64,000 nucleotides of DNA from Macrostomum hystrix (Eukaryota; Animalia; Platyhelminthes), in assembly GCA_950097015.1 (NCBI GenBank), contig CATNEN010000038.1, positions 15,686,001-15,750,000 of the forward strand. Direction: 5' to 3'. The notes under the pieces are model-generated. The model made no database searches and was not told the DNA's origin. It was given only the letters and a program-made list of their open reading frames with translations. Below, in pieces: positions 15,125 to 26,062 of this stretch. The translations under genes were made by a program, and so were the position numbers. The number at the start of each line of letters is the position of its first letter. Position 1 is the first letter of the stretch.

Positions 15125-18100
15125 ATGAATAGTAACGGCATGGATAGTAACGGCATGAATAGTAACGGCATTATTATTTACGAGAAGCCATTTCGGAGGC
15201 CGCGACGTTGGGCTAGAAGAAGTAGATGCACTAGCGAGAAACTCTGTGTACTTCAAAAAGTTTTATATTCGATTTTACTAATAGTTGCTGTTATAGACAT
15301 TGCGGTCATCTACAAGCTGTTGCTGTCTTGTCAGCAAGAAATCGTGAGTTCATTTTAGATGCTTTTCGATTTTCAGTTTGCGTGCGCAATATGATAACTG
15401 ATTGTTTCTGTGTGTGAAATCTGGAATCGAATCCCGGACCTTTAAGTGGTGATTCCGACGCTCAACCTCTTTTTATACATAACAATTAATATATATATAT
15501 TACTTACAATCCACTGTTAGCAGTCATTCTAAAATTTTTGTCGAATAATCTTACTGCCTGCTAAGTGACGTATTAAAGACAGAGGAGACATGACGGGAGA
15601 GATGAGACATGCGAGAAATACTGGGAGAGATGAGACATGAGAGAAATAATGGGAGAGACGAGACATGCGAGAAACAATGGGAGAGATGAGACATGGGAGA
15701 AATAATGGGAGAGATGAGACATGCGAGAAACAATGGGAGAGATGAGACATGGGAGAAACAATGGGAGAGATGAGACATGGGAGAAATAATGGGAGAGATG
15801 AGACATGCGAGAAACAATGGGAGAGATGAGACATGCGAGAAACAATGGGAGAGATGAGACATGGGAGAAATAATGGGAGAGATGAGACATGCGAGAAACA
15901 ATGGGAGAGATGAGACATGGGAGAAATAATGGGAGAGATGAGACATGCGAGAAACAATGGGAGAGATGAGACATGGGAGAAATACTGGGAGAGATGAGAC
16001 ATGGGAGAAATAATGGGAGAGATGAGACATGGGAGAAATAATGGGAGAGATGAGACATGCGAGAAATACTGGGAGAGATGAGACATGAGAGAAATAATGG
16101 GAGAGACGAGACATGCGAGAAACAATGGGAGAGATGAGACATGGGAGAAATAATGGGAGAGATGAGACATGCGAGAAACAATGGGAGAGATGAGACATGG
16201 GAGAAATAATGGGAGAGATGAGACATGGGAGAAATAATGTGAGAGACGACGGGAGAGATGATACATAGGAGAGAGGAGAAATTGAGAGACGAGATGTAAA
16301 GTGTAGAGATGTGACATAAAAGAGATGAGACAAAGGAGAGACGAGACAGTTGAGAGATTAGATTGTGGAGAGATAAGACATTTAAGTTAAGAACCAAATG
16401 TAAAATTCGTATGAGTTAAAATTCTTAGAATTGTCTGACAGCTAATTTCGTGAGTTAGCTCGTAATACTAACGACTATGTCTTTGAGCTGCTCAAACCGA
16501 GCTCAACTTGGTACTCTGAATACTCGCAGTTCACATTCACGAGTCGCACAAGAAAAAATTACAATGCCCAGCAGAGAGACTTTGCTTTTGGCTTGTCACA
16601 CCACAACCCTATTTAACTTAAGGCTAAAAAGTGGCGTCGCAAACTGTTTAACCATATTAGGTAAGACGCCCGTTTGACAAGTAGAATTAAAAAACTTGAC
16701 ATTGTACTAAGTACTGAGTTATTAAAATTTTATTTACCACGGAGTACTTACTTTTTGCAGTTTTTTAGAATTAAAAGCATTTTTTACGGCTTGCAAATGT
16801 AGTTGGTAATAGCAATGTGTAATAGAAATTACCAATATTACCAATTACCAATTACCAATTACCAATTACCAATTACCAATTACCAATTACCAAATACCAA
16901 TCTTACCAATTACCAATTACCAATTACCAATTACCAATTACCAATTACCAATTACCAATATTACCAATTACCAATATTACCAATTACTAATTACCAATAT
17001 TACCAATATTACCAATTACCAATTACCAATTACCAATTACCAGTTACCAATATTACCAATTACCAATTACCAATTACCCACATTTTCTCTTTTTCTTCTG
17101 TATCTTCTAAAATATTCTGCTCATCGACATAAATATCCAAAACACAGGCTAAAACTTTCCACTCTATACCATGAGAAAGCTTCCACAGTCACAAACAATC
17201 GGCATCGTCAGATATTCAAGGATTTTCGTCGGGGTGTCTTGTGGCGAAAAACCTCAAAATAGATATAATGTAGGCTTTATTGTTGATTATACTGCTGAGC
17301 CAATGTTGGAACTCGGTAAAAATTTCGCTAACTCTTTCATAGGTCAGTAATGAGACTGTTGTGCACCGAAAATGTGACGCGAATTGTTCCATTCCAATGA
17401 CTCCCCGCACTTGCAACGTGTCCTAGGTACAGCTGCGCTTGAATAGCCGAAATATGACCGATTGTCCGAGTGAAACGAAGGAAAACTGCAAGACCGAGAA
17501 AAATATGATCAAATATCATGGCAAAGGAAACCGTAGGTTATTATTTCTCTTCTTCTTTCACTGATTCCCTACTCATAGAACATTGTAACTAGCGCAAGCA
17601 AAGCTTGTAGAAACCGACGTTCGCATCGGCCCGTTCATCTGCGAGCCGCAGGAAGAATGCAACAAGATGATTGTTCTCAGCTCTGATGGATCTGCTGTGC
17701 GCGTGACAAAAGCGATGGAGCTGAGAATTTGGGGCATGGTAAAACTATAATGATCATTTTTGTTTTCACTGCATTCCAGTCTCCTTTTACTCAGAAGTAT
17801 GGGCTGTGATTAGGGGGGGGGGTGGCAGAGCGGTCTGACGTGTTTGCCTCTCGCACCAACGTCCCTAAGCTCGATTCCGCGGCGAGGCCACATTTATTTG
17901 GGTGCAGTCGCAGAGTGATGGTTTGATTTACGCCCTTGAGGGCCAGCCTCCAAGGCACAGTGGCAGTGTACACTGACGGACGATGAGAAAGTCAAGGCAG
18001 ATGAAGACACCTGTGAGAGCGTATGCCTGCGTACAGTATCTGTGAGCGCGTGTGCTCAGGAGTCAGCGAAATGGGCAGAAATGCCTCCACGCTGGCTGCG

Positions 18101-18678
18101 GGTCTATAGTGTGTCATCAAATGATGCTCCATTGCCCGCAGCCCTCCTGCAGTTATTATTATTATTAAGGGCTGTGATTTGGCAGTGGTTCCATTCCACG
18201 GCGATTGTCGTGCGATTTGCGCTCATAAGGACCAACCTCCCCAGAGGCACAAAAGTAGCATGTCAGTCGTACTTTAGTTAATCCAATCTATCCAACCAGT
18301 GATAGCTGGTCTAGAAGGTCTCGTGCCCCAGTCCCTGGACTGTATAGCTGAGCGCCTTTTAGGTACGTCGATGAGTGATTCAAAGACTGCAGACGGCCTT
18401 CCACTGAATTTGATTAGCAACCTCACGTGCCACCTTTGTAGGTGCGATTTGTTAGCAAAAACAGTCAAAGATTTACAGTCAAACTAAAGGCTAATAATGG
18501 CACCTTTAACGAAAGCCATTGGAAGATGAGCGAAGGAGATAATGCAACTTTTCCGGTAGTCGCCATCGCCTCACTAAAAGAAGGCGACATTTTATCAATG
18601 GAGCTGAATATGAAAGATGGGTACAATTTGGACGCATCGGCCGATGAGACTGAAATTAAGATTGACTTTAGGTATTAA
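15125..18678 (+). CDS. TNF-superfamily-like type II membrane protein, paralog 1 (spliced, about 229 aa)
   Basis: Exons 15125-15343 (TM VLYSILLIVAVIDIAVIYKLLL, donor ATC|gtgagt), 17427-17532, 17611-17738 and 18442-18678. All introns are GT-AG with compatible phases 0/1/0. A possible extra exon lies at 17189-17269. The C-terminus IASLKEGDILSMEL resembles TNF-family strands F-G (BAFF IAKLEEGDELQL). Exons align one-to-one with the gene at 27558. Confidence 0.75.
15420..15470 (-). mobile_element. SINE family A, tRNA-head fragment
   Basis: Reverse complement matches the head of the copy at 24976 (GCGTCGGA.TCAC.ACTT.AAGGTC...TTCGATTCC). Confidence 0.65.
15585..16375. repeat. Minisatellite, 28-nt unit GGGAGAGATGAGACATG(G/C)GAGAAA(T/C)AAT, degenerate at the right end; intronic
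   Basis: Unit is directly visible and shares the GAGAGATGAGACA core with the 16-mer arrays. Confidence 0.97.
16826..17078. repeat. Microsatellite (TTACCAA)n with 9-nt TATTACCAA variants; intronic
   Basis: Directly visible. Confidence 0.97.
17811..18168 (+). mobile_element. SINE family B (tRNA-derived), full-length copy in the last intron of TNF-like paralog 1
   Basis: A-box-like TGGCAGAGCGG, B-box-like GCTCGATTCC, a body shared with four other copies in the window, and a (TTA)n tail. Confidence 0.8.
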
Positions 18679-18744
18679 TAATACCATCAGATTTGAGTTG
18701 TGCGACTTCAGAAGGTTGACTCAATTTAACGCCCTGCGAGCTAA

Positions 18745-20160
18745 AGGGAGATGAGATCAGACAGGAGAGATGAGAACAGTGGACAGATGAGACTGGGGAG
18801 AGATAAGTCTGGGAGAGATGAGACAGGGGAGAGAAGAGACAGTGGACAGATGAGACAGAGGAGAGATGAGACAGGGGAGGGAGAGATGAGACAGGGGAGA
18901 GATGAGACATTGGAGAGATGAGACATTGGAGAGATGAGACAGGGGAGAGATGAGAAATTGGAGAGATGAGACATTGGAGAGATGAGACAGGGGAGAGATG
19001 AGACAGGGGAGAGATGAGACATTGGAGAGATGAGACATTGGAGAGATGAGACAGGGGAGAGATGAGACAGGGGAGAGATGAGACATTAGAGAGATGAGAC
19101 AGGGGAGAGATGAGACATTGGAGAGATGAGACATTGGAGAGATGAGACAGGGGAGAGATGAGACATTGGAGAGATGAGACAGGGGAGGGAGAGATGAGAC
19201 AGGGGAGAGATGAGACAGGGGAGAGATGAGACATTAGAGAGATGAGACAAGGGAGAGATGAGACATTAGAGAGATGAGACAGGGGAGAGATGAGACATTG
19301 GAGAGATGAGACATTGGAGAGATGAGACAGGGGAGAGATGAGACATTGGAGAGATGAGACAGGGGAGGGAGAGATGAGACAGGGGAGAGATGAGACATTG
19401 GAGAGATGAGACATTGGAGAGATGAGACAGGGGAGAGATGAGACAGGGGAGAGATGAGACAGGGGAGAGATGAGACAGGGGAGAGATGAGACAGGGGAGA
19501 GATGAGACAGGGGAGAGATGAGACAGGGGAGAGATGAGACAGGGGAGGGAGAGATGAGACAGGGGAGAGATGAGACATTGGAGAGATGAGACATTGGAGA
19601 GATGAGACATTGGAGAGATGAGACAGGGGAGAGATGAGACATTGGAGAGATGAGACATTGGAGAGATGAGACATTGGAGAGATGAGACAGGGGAGAGATG
19701 AGACATTGGAGAGATGAGACATTGGAGAGATCAGACAGGGGAGAGATGAGACATTGGAGAGATGAGACAGGGGAGGGAGAGATGAGACAGGGGAGAGATG
19801 AGACATTGGAGAGATGAGACATTGGAGAGATGAGACAGGGGAGAGATGAGACATTGGAGAGATGAGACATTGGAGAGATGAGACATTGGAGAGATGAGAC
19901 ATTGGAGAGATGAGACAGGGGAGAGATGAGACAGGGGAGAGATGAGACAGGGGAGAGATGAGACAGGGGAGAGATGAGACATTGGAGAGATGAGACATTG
20001 GAGAGATGAGACAGGGGAGAGATGAGACAGGGGAGAGATGAGACAGGGGAGAGATGAGACAGGGGAGAGATGAGACATTGGAGAGATGAGACAGGGGAGA
20101 GATGAGACAGGGGAGAGATGAGACAGGGGAGAGATGAGACAGGGGAGAGATGAGACAGGG
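18745..20160. repeat. Satellite, 16-nt unit GAGAGATGAGACA(GGG/TTG) with occasional 20-nt variants
   Basis: Directly visible; starts about 65 nt after the paralog 1 stop codon. Confidence 0.98.
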
Positions 20161-20702
20161 CAGAAAGTGTCCATACGTTCGGCTTAGTTACTCTCTCAAG
20201 AAATACACCTATTTATCATTTGAAATAGTTTTTCGCATATTGTTTCCCTTGTTGCAAATAATTAACTAGCTGTGTGTGGTGTATATTTGGTTTTTATAAA
20301 TAAGATTTAGTTTTATTTTTCGTTTATAGAATTTATAGTTTTGCTATCACTTGCACCCAGAACATTTTCAGCAAAGATAAAAGATTTGTTTTTCTAAATT
20401 ATTGTTTCTACAGATAATTTCATTTCTTGCCATGTACTCAGAGCATATACTTAAGCTGCTAGACATTAATTTTCTTGTTAGATTAGTCGCGATAGTGTAC
20501 ACCATGTCATCAAGCCACTGCTGCAACTATTGACTTGTCGCTTTAGTATTGATATTGTGTAAAAGTAATATGAGTTACATAAATATAAATTTGCCTACAT
20601 GCATCGTTGTACATGTAAATTTTTTTTTAATACAAAAAACAAGAAGGACAACTGTCATTATCTTCTACAAGCGTATAATCACGTTATTTAGTATGCTCTT
20701 CA

Positions 20703-21452
20703 AAGGCTCCTCCGAGGATTTGAGAGGCTCCACCGAGGATTTGGGAGGCTCCACTGAGGATTTGGGGCATAATTGAGGATTTGGGAGGCTCCACCGAGGA
20801 TTTGGGGGCTCCACTGAGGATTTGGGAGGCTCCACTGAGGATTTGGGGCACAATCGAGGATTTGGGGCACAATCGAGGATTTGGGGCACAATCGAGGATT
20901 TGGGGCACAATCGAGGATTTGGGGCACAATCGATCGAGGATTTGGGGCACAATCGATCGAGGATTTGGGGCACAATCGATCGAGGATTTGGGGCACAATC
21001 GATCGAGGATTTGGGGCACAATCGAGGATTTGGGGCACAATCGATCGAGGATTTGGGGCACAATCGAGGATTTGGGGCACAATCGAGGATTTGGGGCACA
21101 ATCGAGGATTTGGGGCACAATCGAGGATTTGGGGCACAATCGATCGAGGATTTGGGGCACAATCGAGGATTTGGGGCACAATCGATCGAGGATTTGGGGC
21201 ACAATCGAGGATTTGGGGCACAATCGAGGATTTGGGGCACAATCGAGGATTTGGGGCACAATCGAGGATTTGGGGCACAATCGATCGAGGATTTGGGGCA
21301 CAATCGAGGATTTGGGGCACAATCGAGGATTTGGGAGGCTCCACTGAGGATTTAAGAGGCTCCACCGAGGATTTGGAAGGCTACAGCGTGGATTTGGGGC
21401 ACAATCGAGGATTTGAGAGGCTCCAGCGAGGATTTGGGAGGCTTCTCTGAGG
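20703..21452. repeat. Minisatellite, 19/23-nt unit GAGGATTTGGGGCACAATC(GATC), flanked on both sides by 21-nt GAGGATTTGGGAGGCTCCACT units
   Basis: Directly visible. Confidence 0.97.
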
Positions 21453-22033
21453 ATCAGCTGGGGTTATTGTGGGTTGGTGTGGCGTATTTTCAGTCCATGG
21501 ACTCGGGTGTGAGTAATATAATTTACTTGGCTACAACCATTTTTAGAATGGCGCTGCTAAATTGTCTGTCTGTCTACGGGAGGACTCCCATTGAGGTTGG
21601 TCAGGCCTGCACACAGCGCTGCTTCTGGTGCATTAGACCTTAAAACCCAGTGGCACTGTTATTGACTCACCGCGCGCCTCGCCATGATGTGAATACTGTC
21701 ATAAAAACTTTCATGAAAATAAAACTTGTTTGCGTTTTTCACTCGCCACGCAGCTCGTATTTCATTTCTCGAGGCACCCCGGGTTTCGTCTGTGAAAGCT
21801 TTTATTTCGTATGGAGTTATTAGAACCTAATTTTGAATGGCATTTTGAAGGGTCGGCTAAGGGAAACAAGGTAATGAGGCAGTTTTAATATGAACACTGC
21901 TCACTTATTTTATTATACTCGTGGTATAAAAATTAATGAAGCAGAGAAGTATGTGCTATTGTCTGTACAGGAGTATAGTGGCTGGTTATAACGTCATTCG
22001 AACAGGCAAGGCAATTGTGCTCATTTCGTTAAG

Positions 22034-22130
22034 TCCTGAGCGCACAGGTGTGTACATCTGCACCGACTTTCTCATCGTCAGGCAGTGTACACTGTCACTG
22101 CGTTGGAGATCGGCCCTCAAGGGCGTAAAT
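22034..22130 (-). mobile_element. SINE family B internal fragment
   Basis: CACAGGTGTGTACATCTGC...GACTTTCTCATCGTCAGGCAGTGTACAC...GGGCGTAAA is shared with 26905-27000 and 28705-28790. Confidence 0.75.
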
Positions 22131-22152
22131 TGCGTAAATTGTAAAGGGCGTA

Positions 22153-23097
22153 AGTGCTGGGGGAACAGGGAGTAGAGCTGGTGCTGGGGAACAGGGGGTA
22201 GACCTGGTGCTGGGGGAACAGGGGGTAGAGCTGGTGCTGGGGGAACAGGGAGTAGAGCTGGTGCTGGGGAACAGGGGGTAGACCTGGTGCTGGGGGAACA
22301 GGGGGTAGAGCTGGTGCTGGGGGAACTGGGGGTAGAGCTGGTGCTGAAGGAACAGGTGGTGCTGGGGGAACAGGGGGTAGAGCTGGTGCTGGGGGAACAG
22401 GGAGTAGAGCTGGTGCTGGGGAACAGGGGGTAGACCTGGTGCTGGGGGAACAGGGGGTAGAGCTGGTGCTGGGGGAACAGGGGGTAGAGCTGGTGCTGAA
22501 GGAACAGGTGGTGCTGGGGGAACAGGGAGTAGAGCTGGTGCTGGGGGAACAGGGGGTAGACCTGGTGCTGGGGGAACAGGGGGTAGAGCTGGTGCTGGGG
22601 GAACAGGGGGTAGAGCTGGTGCTGAAGGAACAGGTGGTGCTGGGGGAACAGGGAGTAGAGCTGGTGCTGGGGGAACAGGGGGTAGAGCTGGTGCTGGGGG
22701 AACAGGGGGTAGAGCTGGTGCTGGGGGAACAGGGGGTAGAGCTGGTGCTGGGGGAACAGGGGGTAGAGCTGGTGCTGGGGGAACAGGGGGTAGAGCTGGT
22801 GCTGGGGGAACAGGGGGTAGAGCTGGTGCTGGGGGAACTGGGGGTAGAGCTGGTGCTGAAGGAACAGGTGGTGCTGGGGGAACAGGGGGTAGAGCTGGTG
22901 CTGGGGGAACAGGGGGTAGAGCTGGTGCTGGGGGAACAGGGGGTAGAGCTGGTGCTGGGGGAACAGGGGGTAGAGCTGGTGCTGGGGGAACAGGGGGTAG
23001 AGCTGGTGCTGGGGGAACAGGGGGTAGAGCTGGTGCTGGGGGAACAGGGGGTAGAGCTGGTGCTGGGGGAACAGGGAGTAGGGTTGGTGCTGGAGAA
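22153..23097. repeat. G-rich minisatellite, 27-nt unit GTGCTGGGGGAACAGGGGGTAGAGCTG
   Basis: Directly visible; explains the [12 protein letters not shown]. Confidence 0.98.
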
Positions 23098-23504
23098 ATA
23101 AGAGACAGGACAGTTGTCTTCTGTAGTTACTTGCTAGACCTTAAGTCGAAGACTAACCAGTGCGAGCGTATCCAACGAGTACGAGCTATCCAACTCTGAC
23201 TATGACTCATACAGCTTCTGATAACTTGGTATTGTTTACCAGGCTGTCTTGAGCTGTTGTAACGGTGCAAGTCGTACTAACAATAGTATGGAATTTAGAG
23301 CATCTCACAAATATGAGAAACTTTAAGAAACATCGCCCTCATTTTAAGTTAAGAGACATTTTATGCACCTTACTTATATTGTACTCGTAAGTTGTTTACG
23401 TCATTAGGCAAACAGACGAATACTACTCACTGCGAATATGCACATACAAATAAAACAAAAAAATAAATTAAAATCTTACTATATACCGTGCTCTCAGCAT
23501 GTCC

Positions 23505-23640
23505 TTCAGCCAGTTCAGCCACAGCAGTTAAAGTTGCTTCAGACAAATCAGCAGCGGAACCAGGACACCTAGAGGGTCATAGATCTGGTGGCATAAACTT
23601 TAGCGCAAACATGTCCGTGCCGGTTTCCCATCGCGATCCG
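23505..23640 (-). mobile_element. Degenerate BEL/Pao LTR-retrotransposon pol fragment
   Basis: The minus strand reads GSRWETGTDMF and then, after a frameshift, QIYDPLGVLVPLLICLKQL*LLW. These match the BEL/Pao motifs LGxxWxxxxDxF and IYDPLGxxxP...KxLxQxLW. Confidence 0.55.
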
Positions 23641-23839
23641 CGTATATCTCTTTGGAAAATTTGTCAACGAATTGTGCGTTTTGCTCTCGGTGAGAAGCAA
23701 GATGGTAACAAATATACAATTTTAACCACAAAGAGCAAATATGCACCAGACAGGCACCTGCGAAAAACCAAAGCAATTAGAAATGATTGATAGGTAGACA
23801 AAACTAAGCAACACTTAAGGACAACTTCCTGACATTTTC

Positions 23840-24177
23840 TGCCCTGTCTCATCCTCCAATGTCTCATCTCTCACCGGTTTATCTCATCTGTCCACGGACC
23901 ACTGTCTCATCTTTCAACTGTTCTCATCTCTCCCCTGTCTCATCTCTCCCCTGTCTCATCTCTCCCCTGTCTCATCTCTCCCCTGTCTCATCTCTCCCAG
24001 ACTTATCTCTCCCCTGTCTCATCTCTCCCCTGTCTCATCTCTCCCCTGTCTCATCTCTCCCCTGTCTCATCTGTCCACTGTCTCTTCTCTCCCCTGTCTC
24101 ATCTCTCCCAGACTTATCTCTCCCCAGTCTCATCTGTCCACTGTTCTCATCTCTCCCGTCTGATCTCATCTCCCTTT
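23840..24177. repeat. 16-nt satellite, reverse complement of the 18745-20160 array (short version)
   Basis: CTGTCTCATCTCTCCC units with the same diagnostic boundary variants as 18745-18860. Confidence 0.95.
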
Positions 24178-24241
24178 AGCTCGCAGGGCGTTAAATTGAG
24201 TCAACCTTCTGAAGTCGCACAACTCAAATCGGATGGTATTA

Positions 24242-24477
24242 TTAATACCTAAAGTCAATCTTAATTTCACTCTCATCGGCCGATGCGTCCAAATTGTACC
24301 CATCTTCCATATTCAGCTCCATTGATAAAATGTCGCCTTCTTTTAGTGAGGCGATGGCGACTACCGGAAAGTTGCATTATCTCCTTCGCTCATCTTCCAA
24401 TGGCTTTCGTTAAAGGTGCCATTATTAGCCTTTAGTTTGACTGTAAATCTTTGACTGTTTTCGCTCGCAAATAGCAC
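24242..24477 (-). pseudogene. Inverted, frameshifted copy of the last exon of TNF-like paralog 1
   Basis: Near-identical reverse complement of 18442-18678 but 236 vs 237 nt. The T-run of 3 instead of 4 at about 24368-24370 gives ACT TTC CGG TAG. No copies of the upstream coding exons were seen. Confidence 0.8.
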
Positions 24478-24975
24478 CTACAAAGGTGGCACGGAGGTAC
24501 AAATGTAGCACGTGAGGTTGCTAATCAAATTCAGTGGAAGGCCGTCTGCAGTCTTCCATCTTCCATCCAGTCAGCAACTGGATGGAAATGACGCAATCGC
24601 TTCAACAGCGGCTGTTAGAAAAATCAAATAGAAAGGACAACCGGAACGCTGCGGCCTCCGCAATCGCTTCTCCTGAAAGGTTATGCTTGTAAACTTCATA
24701 GCGTTCTGTGCAAGCACCGCTATGAACTTTCACTGTTTGCAGCACTCGATCAGTGGCCCCTCTACAACTGTCTGCGTCAGCATTTTTATCGGGCAAGAAG
24801 CTGCATTCTGACAGCCCTGTACTCGTAGTCTGTTGTGGGTTGGCATGCGAAACGGGAACTAAGAGATCACGTGATAAGCCTTATTAGCCACAGCATGCAG
24901 TTGGCAGACCCTAACACGGTCAAAACAACGAGGGAAATGTATTTTTAGATTGATAGATTTTATATTTAGAAGACA

Positions 24976-25278
24976 GAGGTTGTAGCCTAGTGGTTAGGGC
25001 GTCGGACTCACGACTTGAAGGTCGGGGGTTCGATTCCCGACTCCACTGGAACAATTTGCGTCCTTTAGCAAGACACTTAACTCTGCATTGCTTCAGTTCA
25101 CCCAGCTGTTAAATGGGTACCAGCATCAGCTGGGATAATTGAAGGTGGGTGTGGCGTCCCCCCAGTCCATGGACTGAACAGCTGTACGCAGCCTTCAGAT
25201 GCGCCGCGCATTAGCTGCGGCTGTGCTGTCGGCTGCACATCTGACCCAATTGGGGCAGGTGTAATCAATTAATTTATT
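24976..25278 (+). mobile_element. SINE family A, full-length tRNA-derived CORE-like SINE
   Basis: A box TAGCCTAGTGG, B box GGTTCGATTCC, a central segment resembling the MIR/CORE domain, an AT-rich tail, and a 13-bp TSD TATTTAGAAGACA (24963-24975 and 25279-25291). Confidence 0.9.
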
Positions 25279-26062
25279 TATTTAGAAGACACTTCCCTTC
25301 CCGCTGCGGGAAGTGTCTTGCTCCCGAACAGCTCACGGCTGGTGGATTGTACCTGCTTCCACCAAGCGCTACTTCAGCTGTCTTACGATAGGTCATGCAC
25401 TAAATCTTGCTATCACGAGAAGCAGTGTAACTTTTCCGCGATTCTATTCGCGGATGGAGAGAAGACCTTAAAGTCCACGATCAGCGAACGGGATGAAGGA
25501 CGAATGAAACCTGAGCAGTCGGTCGCAAAGGGTTTCAAGAATCAAGAAGTAATGACAATGGCGATGGTGTAAAAAGACTCAAGCACTGATTCTTCACTGC
25601 TTCTGGAGCTTCTGGAGCCTGTGGTAGCCGTCAGACATGGGTTCGAATCCTCTTAGACTCTGCCAGCAACCGATCATTCATTTTAACCAGTTCGGCTGAG
25701 CGGATGGGTCTCGGTGTCATTGGCAAGGAGACAATGGAGGTGACTACATCTGGCGAGACAGAATCTAGAGTACTGCAGATCGAGAAGGACTTGAATTTCA
25801 ACTTCGGAGGCTCTGTGACGGCGCCCTGTTTAACTTGCAGGCCAACACGGTGCCCCACATTTGCGCCACTTCTAGAGACTGTGATTCAACATATAGAATT
25901 TAGTGCCCATTGTCACTTTCCACTTGTTGCCAGTGTATGTGCTGCGCAGTCGCAGATTTAAAAGTTATTTTTTTCTGCTTGTTTCGAAAGAGATTTTAAT
26001 TTCTTGCCATGTACTCAAAGTAAATACTAAAAGTCAAGCTACTCATTCATTTTCTGAGCACA

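Noticed and set aside
16826-17078. Telomeric repeat, or the YQLPITN ORF
   Set aside because: TTACCAA/TTGGTAA is not a metazoan telomere unit I recognise, and it lies within an intron. The ORF is a repeat artefact.
22439-23101. VLGEQGVEL repeat ORF
   Set aside because: It has no ATG, upstream units contain frameshifting G-run indels, and it is a minisatellite.
24976-25050. tRNA gene
   Set aside because: The anticodon and acceptor stems pair poorly, and the sequence continues into a SINE body bounded by a TSD.
25318-25961. Short ORFs and a GGTTCGAATCC box upstream of the 15-mer array
   Set aside because: No similarity to the TNF-like exons or any family I recognise; the isolated B-box has no A-box or cloverleaf.
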